Positions 49,614 through 57,504 of a stretch of 57,504 bases of DNA are shown one piece after another. This stretch comes from Phyllobates terribilis (Eukaryota). Made by a program: the position numbers and the translations under genes. Every line of letters begins with the position of its first letter. The stretch's first letter is position 1. The DNA lies in the NCBI RefSeq assembly GCF_046119375.1, contig NW_027367504.1, positions 1 through 57,504 of the forward strand. The letters are read 5' to 3'. The notes beneath the pieces were generated by a model that was not told the DNA's origin, did no database searches, and saw only the letters and a program-made list of their open reading frames with translations.

Positions 49614-51050
49614 ATTCATGGTAATGGCTGCTCTTATGGGACTACATGCGTGCATTCATTTCTGTATTTATAGAGTGATAGAGATTATGCTTTGACTTCT
49701 GCAAAGAAGGGTCAGAACATTATAAGAGAAAAAGGTTTAAGGCGGTTTTGAGAGTGAGAATATTTAATTTTATTAAAGGATATGAAATGAATTACGTGGA
49801 GTCTTGGAATTCAAAGAGACATGAAGTTAATTTTAATTAATTTGACTATTTATCTTCTATAATCAAGTAGAGGTTAATACAAGTTCTATTTTATTTGAGA
49901 GTTTTTCATTTTTCTTTCGCATTTATTTCAAAAATGATCAATATCAAAATTAGGATGTTGAGAATATGCTTAAAAAACTCAACTTTATAAGGATTATGAT
50001 ATGATATGGTGTATAGATTCATGGTGATGGACTCTCTTATAGGACTGTATGTGTGTGTTCATTTATTTATTTATAGAGTAATGGAGGTGATGCTTTGACT
50101 TGTGCAAAGAAGGGTCGGAACATAGAAAGTGCAAAGGTTCAATGCGGTTTCAGAATAAAAAAAATTTTTATTTAATAGTAATAAAGGATAAGAAGTGAAT
50201 TATGTGGACGCAAAGATTAATTTACTTAATTTGACTATTTATCTTTCCTAATTGAGTAGAAGGGTAATGCAATTTTCATTTTATGTGAGAGATTCATGGT
50301 AATGGCCGCTCTTATGGGACTGCATGGGTGCGTTCATTTCTGTATTTATAGAGTGATAGAGCTTATGCTTTGACTTCTGCAAAGAAGGTTCGGAACATAA
50401 AAAGCGAAAAGGTTTAAGGCGTTTTTGAGAATGAGAATATATAATTTTACTAAAGGATATGAAATGAATTACATGGAGTCTTGGAATTCAAAGAGACATG
50501 AAATTAAATTTAATTAATTTGACTATTTATCTTCCATAATCATGTAGAGGGTTAATACAACTTCTATTTTATTTGGGAGTTTTCGTTTTTCTTTCGCATT
50601 TATTTCAAACATGATCAATAATAAAAATAAGGGTATGTTGAGAAATATGCTTAAAAACTCAACTTTATAAGGATTATGATATGATATGATGTATAGTTCA
50701 TGGTGATGGGCTCTCATATAGGACTGTATGTGTGTGTTCATTTATTTATTTATAGAGTAATGGAGGTAATGTTTTGACTTGTGCAAAGAAGGGTTTGAGC
50801 ATAGAAAGAGCAAAGGTTCAAAGCGGTTTCAGAATAAGAAATGATTTTTATTTAATAGTAATAAAGGATAAGAAGTGAATTATGTGGACTCTTGGAATTC
50901 AAAGGGACGCGAAGCTTAATTTACTTAATTTGACTATTTATCTTTCCTAATTGAGTAGAAGGCTAATGCAATTTTCATTTTATGTAAGAGATTTAGTTTT
51001 TCTTTCACACTTATTTCCAAAAAGATGATTAAAGAAAATAAGGGGAACTG
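49614..51050 (+). repeat. Tandem array C, 678-bp dimeric higher-order unit, about 2 copies
   Basis: attcatggtaatgg at 49614 and 50292; variant (a/g)ttcatggtgatgg at 50017 and 50696, giving an A-B-A-B pattern. Confidence 0.9.
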
Positions 51051-52644
51051 GAGAAATTTAAACAAAATCCAAGTTGAGTTTGAGGGCATATTTCTCAAAT
51101 CGATTTGATCTAATAAGAAAATCGAGTTTCTGATGTAGAGGGTCCCGTAGTGGGCAACTACAGAGCATACTTCTCAAATCAATTTAGATCTAAGAAGAAA
51201 ATCGAGTTTATTTAGATCTAAAAAAGAAAATCGAGTTTCTGATGTAGAGGATTCCGTATGTGGGCAACACAGAGCATACTTCTCAAAAGAGAGGAAGAGA
51301 GATGAAGAGAGGAAGATATTCTTACCCAATGGAGAATGTCTCTGTTTATAGGCTAAGTAGGAGGGATTGGGCTATTGGGCTAACCAAATTGGACCGAACA
51401 AATTGGACTGATTAATAGGAATTCTAGAGGTTAATGATGTCAAACAATAAGGAGGGTATTAATAATGCCAAACAATACCAATTTTAATAGTATATTAAGA
51501 TATAAACAATTTCCATTTGTATTTCTCGAAAGAAAATACTTACCAAATTCTTTTGGGCTCGATCATCGGTGTAGGTTCCTTTCTTTTTGCTATGATACAT
51601 TGCCGTAATACGTTCTTCTTGGGTCATTCTTCTACCATACTCTTTCTCCTACAAATTTCACAATTTGATTACTCAGTATATATGTTAGAAGATAAAACAA
51701 TTGATAGTAACAAATTTAAGTCGAACTTACAATTTTTTCAACATTTTCACACACAGATACATAACCTCCTGTATAATTAGAAAACCCACCCGGTCCTTCA
51801 ATTGCTCGGGTCTTCTTGTTAGTGTCACTAATACGCTTGAACTTTGCATCATTATCCAAATACCTTTTCATAGTAACCCAGTTTTCAGGACTTACAAATG
51901 CTGGTTTCTGATTTGTAGCTCGAGCATCATAAAAAGTATTCCTTAGGTGTTGGCTGCACTTGGTCTTCCAAATAGCATTTATCTTTGTTGCATGATGATC
52001 TTTCCAAAAGAAATGCTTCTACAAATTTAATGATGTCAAAATACACCTGATATATATCCCTTTTCTATATAGGTCAAAGAAAAAAAAATTACTACTTAAT
52101 CAAGATTTATATATTATATGTATGTATATATATGAAATTCTATCAGCACAAAAGTTTTTCACTTCACTTTAGATAGCAACCTGCATATTGGAATAACAAA
52201 AAAATTAAAGTAATTAGAATAATATGAAATTAATACTTCCTCTGTTCATTACTGTAGGTTGTTGGATTCTATACAAGAATTAAGAAAAAAAATAACTTAC
52301 ACATTATTAACTATATATCTATCTATTATATATAATAGCTAGGATGTTTTTATGGTAGTAAATGTACACAATTAACTCTCCTTCTTTCATCACAAGTCAC
52401 CATAGAATAGATGCTCTTGTGAATTGAGGTTTATGGATGAAGACTGAATAAACATGAATACAGAAAGATCAATTCTATGATGAATATATATAAGTTCAAC
52501 ATATATATCAAATAAGACTATAATGAAGATCTAAACTAGAAAGAAGTTGAAACGAGTAATACATATATACGGCTGAACACACAAATATACTGGTTAAAAT
52601 TCTATGCCATATTTGAACATATACAAGCTTATACTTTGGTTTGA

Positions 52645-53132
52645 AGAAACTGCTGAACACACACATATATACTGTTGAACACACACATATCAGTTCTATG
52701 ATGAGCATGGTTGGGTGACCAATGTGAAGCAACAAGTACCCTTGTTTTCCTGAATAAAGTTTACTCATAAAACATCAATTAACCTTATGCAAGGAAAGTA
52801 TCAATTCCATTAACCAACAAAAAAGTCGCATTTCACATTAAGCTCATGCAATGACTGGAAACAAATTCAGAAAACTGTTGAACACACACATATATACTAC
52901 TGAACACACACATATCAATTCTATACTGAGCATGGCTGGGTGACCTATGTGAAGCAACAAGTACCCTTGTTTTACTAAATAAACTTTACTCACAAAACAT
53001 CAAATTCCCTTATGCAAGGAAGGTATCAATTCCATTAAACAACAAAAAAGTCACATTTCACATTAAGCTCACACAATGACTGCAAACAAATTCAGAAAAC
53101 TGTTGAACACACACATATATACTGCTGAACAA
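52645..53132 (+). repeat. Tandem duplication, 225 bp unit, 2.2 copies
   Basis: aaactg(c/t)tgaacacacacatatatact starts at 52647, 52872 and 53097. Confidence 0.92.
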
Positions 53133-54251
53133 ACTAGAATAATGAAGGAGAGTGTAGGATGAAACAACTACATACACATTTCCCTTAGGACGAAGTCTTG
53201 CCCTCCCCAATGCATCCTTATCGAGCTCATCTCCAGAGTCATCTGACTTGAAGCTCACACGCGGAATCATCAACTTTTCAACTTCTGGTTCTAGGGAGAG
53301 GTTGGAGTTTTGGTTTTGAAATACAGGAGAACTCTGATTCTGAGTAGGAATTTGTCCATATCATCCACATTCACATGAATGGTGGCATTAGGATCTCCAT
53401 TTTGACTTCCAGGACTAACTAGCAGAGCTCTCATTCTCCCCGAATTCATTTTCAATAAAGAGGGATGGAAGAGTAAGGAGAAGTGAATTAGAATGTTAAC
53501 TAAGAATAAAAGGAAGTATGATGCTCCACGTTTCATTAACCGTTTGTCAATGTGAGTGGACAGTTACTAGCTAATTAGACTGAAATTTATTAATTAGAAG
53601 TAAATTCAAAATTCAGTAAAATAAAATTAACCTTTGATTAGGCACACCAAGTGAATTGAAGGGGTCGACGTCTTTCATGTTGCTCCCCAGCTGCCTTTTG
53701 ATGTTGGTGCCCGGCAGTGCTCGATGGTGAATCTGATTTTATCAAGGGAGTAGAACAGAAGGGCGTCTTCCACTATCTCTGTAATCAAGAAGCTCAAAGC
53801 CTCCGACCCATTTGGTTCTGGTTCTGGTCTGGTCCGGTCCGATCGGAGGAGCCACGGTAGAAGAAAACTGAGGAGGATGAGGCGGATTTTGGTTCTGGTC
53901 AGTTCGATTGATGTTAAAAGAGGATGACGAGGCAGACGTTTCTGAGGATATGGGGGTTTCAGATCTGTTCGATCGGAGTAGAGCTTCGGTTAAGGATGAG
54001 AAGAGAAGAGAAGGGAAGATCCATTTACAGGGTTTCAGATCTGGTACGATGGGAGATCTGGTACGATGGGAGATCTGGTTCGGTTTGAGGATGAGAAGAG
54101 AAGAGAAGAGGAGATTTGGTACGATGGGAGCTTAGGTTAGGCTAGTGAATTATGGGCGGGAATTGAAGGCAGAGTATGGGCAGCGGCTGATTTTGTTAAA
54201 AAATACTTTCATCTAATATTGCCGAACGTTATCTAATATTGCCGAACGTTA

Positions 54252-54576
54252 GGCTCCGTTCGGCAATATTAGATGAAAGTATTTTTTCATCTAGATGAAA
54301 TTAGGTAGATGAATAAAAAGTAGATTAAAAGGTAGATGAATTGTGGCATTTTATCTTCATCTAGATGAAAAAACCTTCATCTCATGGGGGCTAGATGAAA
54401 GAATTTCATCTTTATCTAGATGAAATTGGAAAAGGTAGATGAAATTGCAATCTGATAATGAAGAGATGAAATTGTGGCTGAAACTAGGCGTTCGTTTGGA
54501 AGAGGTAGATGAATGAGCATGTTTCATCTAATTTCAGCCCATTCATCTAGATGAATGGGTTGAAACGAACGGACCC
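54252..54576. mobile_element. Tourist-like (PIF/Harbinger) MITE, 325 bp
   Basis: TIRs GGCTCCGTTCGG / reverse complement GGGTCCGTTCGT (10 of 12 match); TTA TSD at 54249-54251 and 54577-54579; internal palindrome TTCATCTAGATGAA at 54286, 54356 and 54542. Confidence 0.8.
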
Positions 54577-55895
54577 TTAAATTAATGGCTCGTATTCACC
54601 AATTAAATATAAATGATTTCAGTCTCTATTTTGTATATAAATTAGCGAAGGAATATGTACATTAATTTTTTGGTATGTTTGATAAAAAAAACTAAAGTAC
54701 ATTAAAATAATTTTATTATATTCAATTTTCAATTTCAGTCTCCAATTATTGTTGGCTAAATCTTTATTATTCGATTCTTACTTTTTAAATGATTTTTTTT
54801 AATTTATATTTGGCAAATGTTAAATATGCGGTTAGGCGTGTGATGATAATCTTGGATACAAGTTGTTAATTGTGGGGTCAAGAGGCTCTTCCCCTTGACC
54901 CCTGCTTTTTATTCGTGGTCCAAAACAAATTAGTTCAACGAGTATGCATTCCACACTTCCCGAAAATCAGATCCGAGCCTAACATGTAATCTCGTCTCCC
55001 ACTAGTAAATCACGTTACTACTAAAATATAGTTGATGACACCAAAATCACCAACAACAAATTTAATTGCACTAGTAAAAATATGTTTCAAAGATTATAGG
55101 CACCTACTTGTGAGCTTTTTGTTCAATTATTTACTAGTTTAACTAGTTTCATCTTACAACTTCATTACGAGTTTTCTTAACCTTAATAATATTTACCATT
55201 TTCTTTTGACTTGTTATTAAGAATATATTTTATTTGTATTTGAAAATATTACAACTAAATATTTATATATAATAACTAAAAAATGTAAAACATAAACGTG
55301 TCTATTTTTAGCATTAAGGGTTAGCAAATCACAATTGGACTCAAGCCCTATATTTATGTAGATTATTTTTAATTATTTTAAATTATAAAACATATGCTTA
55401 TTGAATGAGAGTGTTCCATAAAGAATGATTCTTTTTTTGGTAATCAATTATCTCATTTGAGTCTTCCCCAAAGATATAGTGGTTTGGAACTCATTAGAAA
55501 TATACAAGAGAAATCAAATATTCATATTTAATTATTTATAAAAACATCCAACTAAATTATATGTGAGGCAAGTATTAATAATATGAAGTGCAAATACTCA
55601 TAAGGAGTCCAAATAGAAAATATGACAAGAAAACAAAGGACATGCAAGTAAGGGAAACAAATTTATTTACTGCCACCAAAGTCCCCACTAGACACATTGC
55701 CTCTACCGGGAAGTCGCCACCGAAGACCACCATCTTCAAAAACAACAAACTGAAAACAAGTAATAAAATATGGGGTATTTACATAAATAGTTATATAAAT
55801 ATGGCATTGCTAACCGCTCAGAACTAATGTTAAGAGATAAAATCAATATATAATATGTTTATAACTAACCTGTGTGTGGAGCACTATATAATAAA

Positions 55896-57504
55896 TCAAT
55901 CTCCGTTTGGTCTCTCACTTGCTTCTTCTTCTTCAAATACATATTCAGACTCTGAAGCAGCGCTAGATTCATCACCTTCTTCATCAAGATGCGCACCTTC
56001 TACACCAAATTCGTCCAAGATCAGCTCATCATCATCTTCAACAATAATAACTTCTCCACTTGGATCGCTTAAGTTTTCCATGATTAGCTCTTCTTCATCG
56101 ACAATTATTGGAATCTCGACAACATCTTTGGGCGGGTAAGCTACTTCTAGGGTATCACTCCATCTCTTATCAATTTTTCCTCTAGCTTTTGTTTTACATA
56201 CAACCCAATAGTCAGCTCTATTCCGCTTTGCACCTTGATATGATGCATAATAAACTTGCAAAGATAAACGGGTCATTTCTTCTATATAACCTCTTATGAT
56301 TAATCTCTACGAGATCGTATTTCTCATGCACCTTCATCTCCTTTGGATGAAACCAACAACACTTAAAAAGCACAATTTGCTTTGCAGAGACTCCTGTATA
56401 GTCTAATTCAATTATATCTTCAAGAAGACCATAATACTAAGATTCTTTTCCTTCAGAATTGAGAGTTGTAATACATACTCCACTATTCATCGTTGATTTC
56501 CCTTCTCCTCTTTGCAATGTGTGAAAGGTATAGCCATTTATTTCATAAGCAGGATACACCTTTACCAAGACACTCGGACCTACTGACAGGCTTTGTAATA
56601 ATGCATCCTCCATGTGCTTGTCTTTGACCTATTTAAAAAACAACTTAGTCAATTAAATGCATTTTATTTTAGGTAAAACCTTACCATATATAATACGTAC
56701 ATGTGTTTTAAACCAATGAGTGAATATATTATCAAAGTCCGTATCTTTTTCCCCGCCAATCTCTTTTGAAAACGTCCTAGAATACTCATTAAATAACATT
56801 AGTGTACATGTAGAACAAATCAATCAAATCAAATCAAATAAAAGGATCAGTACTAAAAGACATTGGAGATACTTACTTGGCACATTCTTCAGTTTCATCA
56901 CAATTTAACAAAATATATGTCTCAATCGCATGCTTCTCAATTTGATCATTAATCCATCGAGTTGTCAATTTACCAAAACCGCGGCCCGGATAATTAAACA
57001 CAGAAAATTGCTCCAAGTCGCATTTAGAAGTGCTAGAATCATTTTTCTCAGATTTTTTTCTTTTTGAGATGGAGGTGGTTTGGTGCCTGGAGTATTGGTT
57101 GGCTAATGTTGAGATTTCTTCCATATGGTAAGAGGAGCATATTGAAGCTTCAACATGTGCTTTATTGCTAATCATTTTCCTCAAGTGATATAAAAACCTG
57201 TTCAGACGTGGTCATATGATATTAGAAATATATATAAACAATTATTATAGAATGATAAAGAAAAAACACTCTCAAATGGATACATCCAACGGTATTCTAC
57301 CGGCCCTGCAATTTTTGCTTCATAAGGCAAATGAATTAGCAAGTGCTCCATTGAATCAAAGAATGATGGAGGGAATATTTCTCTCCAACTTGCACAACAA
57401 TAATGGAATAGTGGAATCCAACTCTTGCTTTCGTGCATCTAATAGTGTCGGTGAGCACAAGGCATGAAAAAATTGACTTAATTCAGCAAGAGGCCCGCAA
57501 AAAC
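55896..57504 (-). pseudogene. CACTA TNP2/TnpD transposase, 3' half (DUF4218/DUF4216-type regions), disrupted
   Basis: FPPSFFDSMEHLLIHLPYEAKIAGPVEYRWMYPFE; NKAHVEASICSSY; NGYTFHT..TMNSGVC..YYGLLEDIIELDY..VLFKCCWF; QVYYASY..YWVVCKTKARG plus acidic tail; stops and frameshifts. Confidence 0.92.

Larger units (their letters stand above)
45843..51500 (-). mobile_element. Composite Helitron-type insertion (5658 bp) in the TnpA intron
   Basis: 3' end: perfect gcccgtgc-ttc-gcacgggc hairpin (45856-45874), 9 nt, CTAG|T at 45843. 5' end: A|TCTTAATATACTATT at 51500. A similar internal 5' end (A|TCTAATATACTATAAT) lies at 46462 and extra hairpins at 49091-49142. Confidence 0.7.
44560..52018 (-). pseudogene. 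CACTA TnpA-like (Ptta/En/Spm) gene, last three exons: 52018-51731, 51648-51544, 45168-44560
   Basis: Phase-0 exons of 288, 105 and 609 nt with GT-AG borders and no internal stop: KHFFWKD..IWKTKCSQHL..KPAFVSPENW..FKRISDTNKKTR..YTGGYVS / GRRMTQEE..HSKKKG..DDRA / LWLETTGDGGSKRTYRQGS. Upstream exons are not clearly recoverable. Confidence 0.75.
43691..57504 (-). mobile_element. Large CACTA transposon (CACTA-2), one terminus at 43691, running beyond the window; contains nested insertions
   Basis: CACTACTAGAAAAA at 43691 exactly interrupts the Copia-3 RT; CCGAC/GTCGG-rich subterminal region to about 44230; TnpA-like exons (44560-52018) and TNP2 (55896-57504) both on the minus strand in the expected order. 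Confidence 0.85.

Noticed and set aside
46693-51050. CRISPR-like interpretation of the arrays
   Set aside because: Units are 240-680 bp with no repeat-spacer structure; eukaryotic context with no cas genes.
54818-54984. Small TG...CA segment with a ggggtcaag/cttgacccc hairpin as a solo LTR
   Set aside because: No matching TSD for any boundary tried.

Overview
AT-rich plant (eudicot-like) nuclear DNA made almost entirely of nested, decayed transposable elements around one convincing host gene. The gene is an intronless 80-aa secreted-peptide precursor at 10432-10674 (+) whose C-terminus (SMPRGTKPPSSSSPCSFIRGGKGKC) resembles CTNIP/SCREW-type Cys-looped phytocytokines; its proximal promoter is rich in W-boxes. 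The TEs are: a full-length Ale-like Copia with non-canonical TA...CA LTRs 477 bp upstream of that gene (5380-9954, -); a CACTA remnant interrupted by a CRM-type Ty3 element and a hAT end (11810-18340); a 1.6-kb non-autonomous MULE with a perfect 9-bp TSD (18729-20325); a MuDR-like MULE with a dead transposase and an intact zf-GRF ORF (about 21.0-26.7 kb); a Helitron mosaic holding a probable solo LTR that itself holds a full-length Copia (28827-33867); a Helitron-type RPA1-like pseudogene (37.3-39.8 kb); a second TA...CA Copia cut by a large CACTA (43691 to beyond the window end); and, inside an intron of that CACTA's TnpA-like gene, a 5.7-kb Helitron-ended composite with three tandem arrays and an unexpected 9-bp flanking duplication. 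No rRNA, tRNA or CRISPR features were seen. All family calls come from recognising motifs by eye; no database searches were run.
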